Positions 28,160 through 39,171 of a DNA stretch of 64,000 nt are shown here, in pieces; positions within the stretch are counted from its first letter, which is position 1; each line of letters opens with the position of its first letter. The notes under the pieces are model-generated. The model was given only the letters and a program-made list of their open reading frames with translations. It did no database searches and had not been told where the DNA came from. Both the position numbers and the translations under genes were made by a program. The stretch lies in assembly GCA_965199855.1 (NCBI GenBank), contig OZ241326.1:1-64000 (forward strand), read 5' to 3'. Source of the stretch: a bacterium. GTDB taxonomy: Bacteria > UBA8248.

Positions 28160-29254
28160 TCACGCGGGATCATCCGCGACCGCGTTGATCCATTGGGGCT
28201 CGACGGAAACGTAAACCGCCGCGCCCGACTCGAGGATCGGCAGCCGGTGGCCGTGCACGCGGATCGTCCGGCCTCCGGCGTTCAGCCAGAGCTCCAGCAC
28301 GCCGCCCATGTACACCGCCTTGTCAACGCTGCACCTGATGACGTTCAGCGTCCCCTCGGGAGGCGCGCTCAGGCTCGCGACGCAGTCCTCGGGCCGGATG
28401 GAAAGCAGCGCCTTCGAGCCTTCGGGGGCGCCGACGGCCCTGCAGAACAGCGTCATGTCGCCGACCCGCACCGCGGCCGGCGCCCCGCCCGCGCCGGCGC
28501 CAACCACCTCGCCCTCGAGAAAATTCGACACGCCGACGAAGCCGGCGACGAATTGATTGGCGGGGCTTTGATAGACCTCGGTCGGCGAGCCCATCTGTTC
28601 GATGCGCCCGTTGTTCATCACCACGATAATGTCGCTCATGACCATGGCTTCGACCTGATCGTGGGTGACGAATATGGTGGTGATGCCGGTTTCGGCCTGC
28701 AGCTCCTTCAGCTCGAGGCGCATCTCCTCGCGCAGCGCCGCGTCGAGGTTGGAGAGAGGCTCGTCGAGAAGCAGGACGTCGGGCTCGTATATCAGCGCGC
28801 GGGCGAAGGCGACGCGCTGCTGCTGGCCGCCCGAAAGCTGCGAGGGATAGCGCTCCGCCATGCCGTCGAGCCGCACCAGGCCCAGGGCGCGCTCCACCGC
28901 CCGCTCTATCCTGTCCTTCGGCGTCTTCCGCATCCGCAGGCCGAAGGCGACGTTCTCGCGCACCTGCAAATGCGGCCACAGCCCGTAGGACTGAAAGACC
29001 ATGCCGAGGTTCCGCTTGTGCGCCGGCACCAGCACGCTCCTCGAGGCGCTCGATAGCAGCCTGTCGCCGACGCGGACGGCGCCGCCGTCGGGGGTCTCGA
29101 AGCCGGCGATCATGTTCAGGGTGGTCGTCTTGCCGCAGCCGCTGGGCCCCAGCAGGGTCAGCAGCCTGCCCTTGGGCACCTCGAACGAAACGCCGTCAAC
29201 GGCGGTCACGTCGCCGAATTTCTTGACCAGCCCCTCAACGCGCACGCTCTGCAT
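28160..29254 (-). CDS. ABC transporter ATP-binding subunit (FbpC/PotA type, TOBE domain)
   Basis: GPSGCGKTT, LSGGQQQR, LLDEPLSNLD, VTHDQ; start MQSVRVE at 29254. Confidence 0.9.
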   Translation of the reverse strand: MQSVRVEGLVKKFGDVTAVDGVSFEVPKGRLLTLLGPSGCGKTTTLNMIAGFETPDGGAVRVGDRLLSSASRSVLVPAHKRNLGMVFQSYGLWPHLQVRENVAFGLRMRKTPKDRIERAVERALGLVRLDGMAERYPSQLSGGQQQRVAFARALIYEPDVLLLDEPLSNLDAALREEMRLELKELQAETGITTIFVTHDQVEAMVMSDIIVVMNNGRIEQMGSPTEVYQSPANQFVAGFVGVSNFLEGEVVGAGAGGAPAAVRVGDMTLFCRAVGAPEGSKALLSIRPEDCVASLSAPPEGTLNVIRCSVDKAVYMGGVLELWLNAGGRTIRVHGHRLPILESGAAVYVSVEPQWINAVADDPA

Positions 29255-30969
29255 CAGGTCAGGCCCTCCGCGTCCGTCTGCTTGGTGAGCCAGCGCACCA
29301 GCGCCACCGAGCCCAGCGACAAAATGACGATGATGAGCGAAAGGATGCACACGTGGGAGAAGAGCCCCTCGTCGTAGAGCTGGATCAGGATCGTCCCGAT
29401 GACCTCCTTGTTGGAGCTGAACAGCATGATGGAGGCCGAGAGTTCGCGCATCATCGACACGAAGAGAATGATCCAGCCGGCGACGATGCCCGGCATGGCC
29501 AGAGGCACCAGGATTCTCCAGAAGACGACGCCCCAGTTCGCGCCGCTGACGGCCGCGGCCCGCTCCAGCTCCTCGTGGATCTGCGTGATGGAGTTGGAGA
29601 CCGCCTTCACGCCGAACGGCAGGAAGCGCGTGATGTAGGCGATCAGGATGATCCACAGCGTATGATACAGGTTGAACGGCTCGCGGATGTAGGCCCAAAG
29701 CATGGCGATGGCGATGACCGCGCCCGGAATGGCCACCGGAATGAGCGCCAGAAAATCGAGCGCCCCCCGGCCCCTCCAGACGCTGCGGGCCACGAAGTAG
29801 GCGACCACCGCGGAGAGCGCGATGCCGATCGTCGCGCCGAGGAAGCTCAGCAGCAGGCTGTTCTCGATGGACCGCAGAATGACCGCGCCCCCGTCGCCGG
29901 CGATGATCTCGACAATGTGGTCCAGCGTGAGGAACTCCAAGGTCGGCGGGCGTCCGCGGTTGGAAATGAAGGTGCCGTAAATCAGCGTCAGCACCGGCAG
30001 AATGGCCGAAACCAGAAGGTAGGCGGCGGCGAACCCCAGCGCGGCGTATTTCCACGGGCCGAGCCGCACGAGCCGCGGCCGGAAGCCCTTGCCGGCGACC
30101 GTCGCGTATTTGGCGCTTCGCCCCAGCGCCTTGGTCTGCCCCCAGAGCGCCAGCCCGCAGACGAGCAGAACGGGGACGGAGAGAGCGGCCGCGTGCGAGA
30201 AGTTCGGCGGAATGCCGATCATCATCCGCCAGAGCTGGGTCGAGAACACGTATATGCCGCCGGAGACGCCGATCGTCGCCGGGATGGCGAAAATCTCTAT
30301 CGACTGGATGAACGCCAGCAGCGCGCCGGACAGGATGGCCGGCGCCGCCATGGGCAGCGTAATCCTGAGCGTCGTCCGCCACTGGTTCGCGCCGCTCACG
30401 TGCGCGGCGTTCTCCAGCGTCGGGTCCATGTTCCGGAACGCCGTGACCGTGAAGATGAACACGTACGGCGCCAGCGACAGGGCCATGACGAAGATCAGCC
30501 CGCCCATGGTGAAGATGTCGAACAGCGGCTCCCGGGTGTTGACCAGCCACTTCCAGAACAGGTTGACGAAGCCGACGCGCGGCGTGCCGAGATAGGCCCA
30601 GGCCACCGCCACCACCACGGGCGGCATGATGAAGGGCAGAATCGCTATCATGCTGATGCAGTTTCTGAACGGGGTGTCCGTGCGCCCGACGATCCAGGCG
30701 AGCGGAACGCCGATCAGGACGGACAGCGCCGTGACCCCGACCGACATGACGGCGGTGTTCCACACCACCTCGCCCATGTAGTCGGCCTCGTAGAGGGCGA
30801 CGAAGGCGTCCAGGGTGAAGTCCGAACTCGCCGGGCTGGGCCGCAAGCTGCCCAGAAGCAACCAGAACAGGGGATACAGCACCAGAAAGCCGACAATGAG
30901 AAGGCATCCCCATTCGAGCGCGCGAACGGGGCTCGGGGCCTTGAGCGTGGCGAACGAGCGGGGACGCAT
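29254..30969 (-). CDS. ABC transporter permease, FbpB (iron(III)-type), two EAA modules
   Basis: About 12 TM segments; LENAAHVSGA and LERAAAVSGA EAA loops. Confidence 0.9.
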   Translation of the reverse strand: MRPRSFATLKAPSPVRALEWGCLLIVGFLVLYPLFWLLLGSLRPSPASSDFTLDAFVALYEADYMGEVVWNTAVMSVGVTALSVLIGVPLAWIVGRTDTPFRNCISMIAILPFIMPPVVVAVAWAYLGTPRVGFVNLFWKWLVNTREPLFDIFTMGGLIFVMALSLAPYVFIFTVTAFRNMDPTLENAAHVSGANQWRTTLRITLPMAAPAILSGALLAFIQSIEIFAIPATIGVSGGIYVFSTQLWRMMIGIPPNFSHAAALSVPVLLVCGLALWGQTKALGRSAKYATVAGKGFRPRLVRLGPWKYAALGFAAAYLLVSAILPVLTLIYGTFISNRGRPPTLEFLTLDHIVEIIAGDGGAVILRSIENSLLLSFLGATIGIALSAVVAYFVARSVWRGRGALDFLALIPVAIPGAVIAIAMLWAYIREPFNLYHTLWIILIAYITRFLPFGVKAVSNSITQIHEELERAAAVSGANWGVVFWRILVPLAMPGIVAGWIILFVSMMRELSASIMLFSSNKEVIGTILIQLYDEGLFSHVCILSLIIVILSLGSVALVRWLTKQTDAEGLT

Positions 30970-30992
30970 CTCAAGTCAGCGCCGAGGGGCGA

Positions 30993-32003
30993 TCATTTCT
31001 TTTTCTTCGCCTCGCGGATGTGCTTCGTCATGAAGGCGCGATACTTGTTCTGCTCCCTGGACACCTTCTCCCAGTCCGCGTACAGCGGCGTGAAGGGATA
31101 GGGGATGCCCTTCACGTGCGGGACGTCCGCGCGCGCGGAGTTGATTTTCACGTCCTGGGTGATGACCGTCTGGCCCTCCTTCGAGAGTATCCAGCGATAC
31201 ACCCGCTCCGCGTTCTTCGGGTTCGGGCCGCCCTTCACCATGCCGAACGAGGCCGGCACGACCGGCGTGCCCTCCTTCATCGGGGCGATCCTGATCTTGG
31301 CGCCCTTGTTGATGCGCCGAATCGCGATGTATTCGAACACCATGGTCACGTCGCGCTCGCCCGTGGCGACGCGCTCGGTCGACGCCCCCATGCGCGACTG
31401 CACCAGCGCGCCGTTGTAGAGCAGGCCCTTGATGTATTCCTCCCCGAACCCCTTCGCGCCGTAGAAGAAGTCCCACAGGCCCGCGGACTGGAACGGATCG
31501 ACCAGCACGAGGCGGTTCTTCCACTTCGGCCGCGTCAGCTCCGCGAAGCTCTTCGGCTCCTCGCCGGGCTTCACGTTGTCGGTGTTGTAGATGACCTGGA
31601 GGGTCGGCGCGCGCAGTCCGACCCACTGCGCCTTTTCGTCCCGGCCCCAGGCCGGGAAGGCCCTGGCCTCGGGGAACTGCGTCACGCTCTTCACCCAGCC
31701 CTCCCTGGCAAGGTGATACCAGCCCGGCGTGTAGCTGAAGTGCAGCAGATCAATTTTGCCCTTGCCCGCCGTTCGCTCGGCGACGAAGCGCTGATACAGG
31801 CTGACGCCGCCGGCGGTGATGGATTCGACCTTGACGTCCGGAAACTTCTTTTCGATGGCCTTCACCAGCGTCGCCTGCGCGGCGGTGGTGAGCGACGAGT
31901 AGAAGATGAGGTTGGCGTCTTTCGCCACGGCCGCGCGGGGCGCGAGCGCCAGGGCCGCGGCCATCGCCGAACCCGCGAGAATCGCCTTTATCGAAAGTCT
32001 CAT
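30993..32003 (-). CDS. ABC transporter substrate-binding protein (FbpA/AfuA-like)
   Basis: Signal peptide, LIFYSS, YNTDNV, DPFQSA, NPKNAE..WILSKEGQ; start MRLSIK at 32003. Confidence 0.85.
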   Translation of the reverse strand: MRLSIKAILAGSAMAAALALAPRAAVAKDANLIFYSSLTTAAQATLVKAIEKKFPDVKVESITAGGVSLYQRFVAERTAGKGKIDLLHFSYTPGWYHLAREGWVKSVTQFPEARAFPAWGRDEKAQWVGLRAPTLQVIYNTDNVKPGEEPKSFAELTRPKWKNRLVLVDPFQSAGLWDFFYGAKGFGEEYIKGLLYNGALVQSRMGASTERVATGERDVTMVFEYIAIRRINKGAKIRIAPMKEGTPVVPASFGMVKGGPNPKNAERVYRWILSKEGQTVITQDVKINSARADVPHVKGIPYPFTPLYADWEKVSREQNKYRAFMTKHIREAKKKK

Positions 32004-32160
32004 GTTCGCCTCCCCTCCGAGGGTGAAGCGACGCGCGGCCTCCCGGAAGCATATCCGCTTCGGGGGCCGTTCGCCGCGAGTCATCCCGGGACGATCGCCC
32101 GTCCCGCCTGACCGAATCCTGCGCGTGAGGCTCCATTAAAGCAGGATTGGGGGGATCGCG

Positions 32161-33621
32161 TCAAGACTTCCCTTCGGCGGCGGAAGCGGCCCTCGCGCCG
32201 TCCTGCAGGTCGGGGCTTCTCTTTCGCCATTCGGGAGTCGCCTGCTCGTAGGCGCGGCCGATGCGGAGCCCGCGGGCCTCGTCGCCGGGCAGGTTCGTAA
32301 TCTGCATCGCCATCGGCAGCCCGCGTTCGGAATCAAAGCCCGTGGGCACCATCAGGCCGGGGAAGCCGAAAAAATTCTGAATCCCCGTCAGATTCCGGCC
32401 CAGACCAATGAAGTCCACCTCCTTCCCGTTGACGGTCGCCATCGTCGTTTCGACGGGCGCGGCGAGGCAGGGATAGCCGGGCGAGAGCATCGCGTCATAA
32501 GGCTTCATCAGGTCGGTCATCAAGCGCGTCAGCGCCCTGCGGCGATGGAGCGCGTCCATATACATCGCCGGCGTGGTTTTTTCGGCGTTCGCGATTCGCT
32601 CCCGCAGGCGAACGCCGTAGCCTTCCGGGTGGCTGCGGAAGCGCTCGCCGTGAACGCGATAGAACTCCGCGTCCGCTATCGCCCGGCGGTGCGGGTTGAT
32701 CTCCCCGGCGAACGCGCAGCGCGCCTCCTCGATTTTCGCGCCCAGCCCGCCCAGCGCGCCGAGCGCGGCCTCGAACGCCTCCGCGATCGGCCTGTCGATA
32801 TCGACGTCGATCAGGTCGGGGCAGACCATGAGGCGCATTCCGGCGACGCCCTTCTCCAGATCGGCGGAAAAATCGGGCGTTCTCAAGTCGCGGGAAAACG
32901 GATCGTCCGGATCCCAGCCGGCGATCGCCTGCAGCAGCAGGGCGCAGTCGCGCACGGTTCGCGTCAGCGGCCCGACGTGATCCAGGCTGACCGCGTTGGG
33001 ATAGACCCCGCGCAGGCTGATCCGCCCGTAGGTCGGCTTCATGCCCACGACGCCGCAAATCGCCGCCGGCCCCCGCACCGATCCCCCGGTGTCGGTTCCG
33101 AGCGCGCCGGGCGTCATCCGCGCGGCGACCGCCGCGCCCGAGCCGCCGCTGGAGCCCGCGGGCACGCGGGAGGCGTCCCAGGGGTTGCGGCACGCCCCGT
33201 AGTGCGGGTTCTTGGTCGCCGATTCCGCGGCGAACTCCGCCGTGCTGCACTTGCCTATCATGACGGCGCCGGCTTCACGGAGCCGCCGGACGCATTCCGC
33301 GTCCTCCGCCGGCACGTTGCGGCTGAAAAAACCGGAGCCCTGCGTGGTGCGGACGCCCGCCGTGTCGATGATGTCCTTCACGCCGATGGGCACGCCGTGC
33401 AGCGGCCCCCGAAGCCCGCCGGCCGCGATTTCGTCCTCGGCCGCTTTCGCCTCGGCGCGCGCGCGGCCGCGCGCCACGGTCGTGAACGCGTTCAAGACCG
33501 GGTTGAGGGCGTCGATCCGCGCCAAGTGCGCGTCCGTCACCTCCACCGGCGACAAGTCTCCGCCGGCGATTCCCTTCGACAAATCCTCAATCGTGAGATC
33601 GCAGATTCCGGGTCCGGCCAT
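32161..33621 (-). CDS. Amidase signature family protein (GatA-like amidase)
   Basis: LHGVPIGVKD, AGSSGGSGAAVAA, GTDTGGSVRGPA (Ser-cisSer-Lys triad region). Confidence 0.9.
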   Translation of the reverse strand: MAGPGICDLTIEDLSKGIAGGDLSPVEVTDAHLARIDALNPVLNAFTTVARGRARAEAKAAEDEIAAGGLRGPLHGVPIGVKDIIDTAGVRTTQGSGFFSRNVPAEDAECVRRLREAGAVMIGKCSTAEFAAESATKNPHYGACRNPWDASRVPAGSSGGSGAAVAARMTPGALGTDTGGSVRGPAAICGVVGMKPTYGRISLRGVYPNAVSLDHVGPLTRTVRDCALLLQAIAGWDPDDPFSRDLRTPDFSADLEKGVAGMRLMVCPDLIDVDIDRPIAEAFEAALGALGGLGAKIEEARCAFAGEINPHRRAIADAEFYRVHGERFRSHPEGYGVRLRERIANAEKTTPAMYMDALHRRRALTRLMTDLMKPYDAMLSPGYPCLAAPVETTMATVNGKEVDFIGLGRNLTGIQNFFGFPGLMVPTGFDSERGLPMAMQITNLPGDEARGLRIGRAYEQATPEWRKRSPDLQDGARAASAAEGKS

Positions 33622-33732
33622 TCTCTCCCCCTCGTTCCGCAAGCTCCCGCCAGGCGCGCCGCCGCCCTCGCCGACGCGCGTTCAGGCGCGGGCCCATTGC
33701 GGATCGCAACGAACGCGAAAGGAATCTTCCGG

Positions 33733-33805
<73 letters not shown>

Positions 33806-33902
33806 GGGACGCGGAGCGGACGCCCGACCGACCGGGCGCGCTCCCCATCGCCCGGCCTTCCCCGAAAGGCGAGCGTTCGCGGCCTTCGCCGGGAAGGCGG
33901 CA

Positions 33903-33931
33903 ATTCTAGGGCGACCGCCCCCGGGCGTCAA
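33903..33931 (-). promoter_or_regulatory. Sigma70-type promoter for tRNA-Phe
   Basis: Minus strand TTGACG-17 nt-TAGAAT. Confidence 0.6.
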
Positions 33932-33987
33932 GGCGGAAGCGGCCCCGCCCGCTTGATGCCGCGTCCGCTCCCGCTTATGGTGCGCGA

Positions 33988-35013
33988 ATGGCGAATTCCT
34001 CTCCGCTCCCCGTGGGCAAGCTTCCCCCGGATCTCCTGGGGAGCCTGCTCGAAAGCGCGCGCGGACACCCGCGCCTCCTCGTGGGGCCGCGGGTCGGGGA
34101 GGACGCGGCCGTCATCGACGTGGGGGATCGCTGCCTCGTCGCGAAGTCGGACCCCATCACCTTCGTGGAGGACGGCATCGGACGCTACGCCGTTCACGTG
34201 AACGCGAACGACGTCGCCTGCATGGGCGCCGTCCCGATGTGGTTCCTGATGACGCTGCTTCTGCCCGAAGGGCGAACCGACGAGGCGATGATAGGCCGCA
34301 TCTGGCGGGACGCGGAGGCGGCCTGCGCGGAGCTGGGCGTCACCCTGTGCGGCGGACACGCGGAGATCACGGCGGGGCTGGAGTTTCCGGTTCTTTCGGG
34401 CCACATGCTGGGAGAGGTTGCCCGGGAGAGGCTGGTGCGGGGCGCGGACGCCCGCGCGGGCGACGCGATCCTGCTGACCCGCGCCGTCCCCGTCGAGGGG
34501 ACGGCGATTCTGGCGAACGCGAAATACGACTTTCTGAAAGGCGTCATCGACCCCGAAGTCCTGGAGAGGGCGAAGGGATATCTCGATTCTCCGGGCATCA
34601 GCGTCGTCCCCCAGGCGCTCGCCGCGGCCGCGACGGGCCTCGCGCGCGCCATGCACGACCCGACCGAGGGGGGACTCGCCACGGGCGCGCGCGAACTGGC
34701 GGAGGCCGCCGGCCTCGGGGCGGCGCTGGAGGAGAGTGCCATCCCCATCTCGCGCGAGGGCGGCCTCATCTGCGAGGCGCTGGGGCTCGACCCCCTGGGC
34801 GTCATCACCTCGGGGGCGCTTCTGCTGGCGGCGCCGCCCGAGGCGGAGGAGCCTCTCCGGGAAGCCATCGGGGAGACGGGCGCGACGTGCGTCCGCATCG
34901 GCAGGCTATGCCCGCCCGGGCTGGGGGTGACGATGGAGAGCGGCGGGAAATCCCGCCCCCTCAGGCGCTTTCAGACCGATGAAGTCTCAAGAGCGATTCG
35001 AGGGGGCGAATGA
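33988..35013 (+). CDS. AIR synthase-related (PurM/HypE-like) protein
   Basis: GKLPP, GEDAAV, KSDPITF, NANDVACMGA, GGHAE, MHDPTEGGL. Confidence 0.8.
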   Translation: MANSSPLPVGKLPPDLLGSLLESARGHPRLLVGPRVGEDAAVIDVGDRCLVAKSDPITFVEDGIGRYAVHVNANDVACMGAVPMWFLMTLLLPEGRTDEAMIGRIWRDAEAACAELGVTLCGGHAEITAGLEFPVLSGHMLGEVARERLVRGADARAGDAILLTRAVPVEGTAILANAKYDFLKGVIDPEVLERAKGYLDSPGISVVPQALAAAATGLARAMHDPTEGGLATGARELAEAAGLGAALEESAIPISREGGLICEALGLDPLGVITSGALLLAAPPEAEEPLREAIGETGATCVRIGRLCPPGLGVTMESGGKSRPLRRFQTDEVSRAIRGGE

Positions 35014-35594
35014 ACCGGACGGCGTGCGGCGCGCTGCTGGACTTCGACGGCACGCTCACGAAGCCCGCCTTCGACTGGCCCGCGATGAAGGAGGAGATGG
35101 GGCTGCCGGACGGGGATATCTCGATTCTGGATCATCTCGCCGCCCTCCCGCCCGAGCGCGCCCGCCCCATAGCGGACATACTCGAGAAATACGAGCGGCG
35201 CGCCGCCGACCGCGCGGAAGCGGGCGAGGGGGCGCGCGAGCTGCTCGCCCACCTGCGGGCCAGGAAAATCCCCTTCGCCGTCGTGACGAACAACGCCGCG
35301 CGGCACGTCCGGCGCATGGCGAAAAAAATCGACGTCTCCATCGAGACGCTGATCACCCGGGACATGGGCTGCTGGAAGCCGGACCCCCGGCCCCTGCTCG
35401 CCGGCGCCCGCGCCATCGGCGTCGCGCCCGATCGGTGCGTCGTCATCGGCGACGGCCGATACGACATGATGGCCGCCAGGGCGGCGGGAATGCTGTCCGT
35501 CCACCTGGCCTCGTCCTTCGCCGTCCCCAGCGACTTCACCCTCCCCAGCCTGCGGGCGGCGCCCGCGCTGCTCGACCGGCTCATCGACGCGTAA
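35010..35594 (+). CDS. HAD-superfamily hydrolase
   Basis: DFDGTL, VTNN, KPDP, IGDGRYD motifs I-IV. Confidence 0.88.
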   Translation: MNRTACGALLDFDGTLTKPAFDWPAMKEEMGLPDGDISILDHLAALPPERARPIADILEKYERRAADRAEAGEGARELLAHLRARKIPFAVVTNNAARHVRRMAKKIDVSIETLITRDMGCWKPDPRPLLAGARAIGVAPDRCVVIGDGRYDMMAARAAGMLSVHLASSFAVPSDFTLPSLRAAPALLDRLIDA

Positions 35595-35770
35595 AGACCA
35601 GGGGCGCATCCCCGAAGGGACGCGCCCCGTGATGGCGGGAATCCGCCCGCGCCTCCGGGCGAATTTTTTGGCGAGACGTCAGTGAATCAGCGTCCGGGAG
35701 TCCTTCTGCTGATCACCGGGGAGAAAGGGCTCCTCTTTCAGGGGCCCGTTGAGGGCGCCAAGGCTCACGC
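35595..35770 (-). ncRNA. Candidate small RNA (~175 nt) between a sigma54-type promoter and a UUCG-capped terminator
   Basis: Promoter at 35781-35796, several hairpins, terminator at 35601-35628, no convincing ORF; no family recognised. Confidence 0.4.
35601..35628 (-). terminator. Intrinsic terminator-like hairpin
   Basis: Minus strand GGGGCGCGTCCC-TTCG-GGGATGCGCCCC (cUUCGg tetraloop, G-U pair) followed by TGGTCTTT. Confidence 0.6.
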
Positions 35771-35780
35771 CCCTGGATAA

Positions 35781-35796
35781 AGCACGAACCGTGCCA
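35781..35796 (-). promoter_or_regulatory. Sigma54 (-24/-12) promoter
   Basis: Minus strand TGGCACGGTTCGTGCT: GG-N10-GC spacing exact, TGGCACG intact. Confidence 0.55.
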
Positions 35797-36059
35797 AAAA
35801 GCCCCGCATCTTCCGCCCGGAAAAAGAAAAACCCATAAAGTCTCGCGGAATCAAGGGGATGCGAGGAGAGAAAAAGCCGCGGTGGAGACGGGGAAGGCGC
35901 CTCCGGCTTCCGAGGGGAGGCGCAACGTTTTGCCTGTTTTTCGGGAATCCGGGGCTTTCGCGTGACAAAATGTCAATAGGAGGGCGGGCGAAAGCGAGGA
36001 GCCCCGAAAGGCGCGTTTCCGTTTGAGCGGGAGGCGGAAAATCGCCCGGCCAGACTTCC

Positions 36060-37562
36060 CTAGATGAAGCCGGCCACGGTTCCCTTCGCCGCGTCGAGGA
36101 AGCTGCCGGGGAACAGACCCAGAAGCAGCGTCGCCGCCACCAGAAGCGCCAGCGCGAAGAGCAGCGAGGGCGCCTTCGAGAAGCCCGCCGCCGCCTGCGC
36201 CTCCCCCCGGTTCTCCATGAACATCACCATGATGACGCGCCCGTAGTAATACATCGACACCGCGCTCGTCAGAAGCCCGACGGCGGCGAGCCAGTAATAC
36301 TCGTTCTGCACCGCGGCGGCGAACAGGTAGAGCTTGCCGACGAAGCCGGCCGTCGGCGGAATGCCGCCCAGCGAGAGCAGGAACACCACGAAGGCCAGCC
36401 CCGCCCAGGGGTGCGCCTGCCCGACGCCCTTCCAGTCCTCGATCCTGTCTCCCCGCCAGCCCTCCCTGCACGCCAGCGCGAGCATCCCGAAGGCGCCCAG
36501 GTTGGTGAACAGGTAGGCGAGCAGATAGAACATCACCGCGCTCACCCCCAGGGCGCTGAACTCCGCCCTGCCGTCCACGACGCGCAGCGAGGCCACCACG
36601 CCCATCAGAACGTAGCCCGCGTGTCCGATGCTCGAATACGCGAGCATCCGCTTGAGGCTCGTCTGGGCGATGGCCGCCACGTTGCCCCAGACCATCGTGA
36701 AGGCCGTGAGCGCCCACAGCAGGGCGCTCCACCTCTCGGCCATGGCCGGGAGCGCGAGGAAGAATATCCGCATCAGGGCGGCCACGACCGCGAACTTCAC
36801 GGCCACGGACATGAAGCCCGTAATCGGCGTCGGCGCGCCGGTGTAGGCGTCGGGCAGCCACATGTGAAACGGCGCCAGCGCCATCTTGAACGCGAAGCCC
36901 GCCGTCAGGAGGATCAGCCCGAAAACCATCATCGGGCTCGAGGCGATCGCCGCGCCGCCCTCGCCCGAGAGCGCCGCCGCGATGCCGCGAATCGAGGTCG
37001 TTCCGGCGAGCCCGTAGGTCAGGGCGATGCCGTAGAGGAGAACGCCGGAGGCGAAGGCGCCCATCAGGAAATACTTGAGGCCCGCCTCCCGGCTCAGGGG
37101 GTCGCGGCGCATGAACGCCACCAGCACGTAGATGCTGATGCTCATGGTCTCGACGCCCAGATAGATCGTGAGCAAATCGTTGCCCGAGGCCAGCACCAGC
37201 ATCCCGAACACCGAGAAGAGCAGCATGGCGTACAGCTCGCCGTAGCTGATCTTCTCCACCTTGGCGTATTGCAGGAGCAGCAGAATCGAGATGGCCGCGC
37301 AGAGAAGCACGCACGCCTTCACGAACGCGCTGAGGTTGTCCGCCACGTAGAAGCCGTTGAAGGTCGTCCGCGACCCCTCGCCCCACTGCCCGAGGACGAC
37401 CAGCGCGAGAGCGGCGACCCCGACGAGGGCGAAGACGCCCACGCGCGACTTGTTCTCCAGCGGCGTGAACAGATCGAGGATCAGCGCGAGGCAGATGAGA
37501 GCGGCCAGCCCTATCTCGGGCGCGGCCAGAGAGAGGGAGACGTCGGGAATCACCACTTGCAT
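36060..37562 (-). CDS. nuoN: NADH-quinone oxidoreductase subunit N (operon 2)
   Basis: EAGLKYFLMGAFAS, FKMALAPFHMWLPDAY, KRMLAYSSIGHAGY, GIPPTAGFVGK. Confidence 0.93.
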   Translation of the reverse strand: MQVVIPDVSLSLAAPEIGLAALICLALILDLFTPLENKSRVGVFALVGVAALALVVLGQWGEGSRTTFNGFYVADNLSAFVKACVLLCAAISILLLLQYAKVEKISYGELYAMLLFSVFGMLVLASGNDLLTIYLGVETMSISIYVLVAFMRRDPLSREAGLKYFLMGAFASGVLLYGIALTYGLAGTTSIRGIAAALSGEGGAAIASSPMMVFGLILLTAGFAFKMALAPFHMWLPDAYTGAPTPITGFMSVAVKFAVVAALMRIFFLALPAMAERWSALLWALTAFTMVWGNVAAIAQTSLKRMLAYSSIGHAGYVLMGVVASLRVVDGRAEFSALGVSAVMFYLLAYLFTNLGAFGMLALACREGWRGDRIEDWKGVGQAHPWAGLAFVVFLLSLGGIPPTAGFVGKLYLFAAAVQNEYYWLAAVGLLTSAVSMYYYGRVIMVMFMENRGEAQAAAGFSKAPSLLFALALLVAATLLLGLFPGSFLDAAKGTVAGFI

Positions 37563-37599
37563 GAGAAGGACTCCATCAGGTCAGGCGAGCGTTCGCCCG

Positions 37600-39147
<1,548 letters not shown>

Positions 39148-39171
39148 AATTCCTCCAGAAGCCCCAGCGCG

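Noticed and set aside
32161-33621. gatA (Glu-tRNA amidotransferase subunit A)
   Set aside because: No gatB or gatC adjacent and it sits upstream of an ABC uptake operon; a catabolic amidase is more likely.
33988-35013. hypE implying a hydrogenase maturation cluster
   Set aside because: No C-terminal PRIC motif and no other hyp genes; better described as a generic AIR-synthase-related protein.
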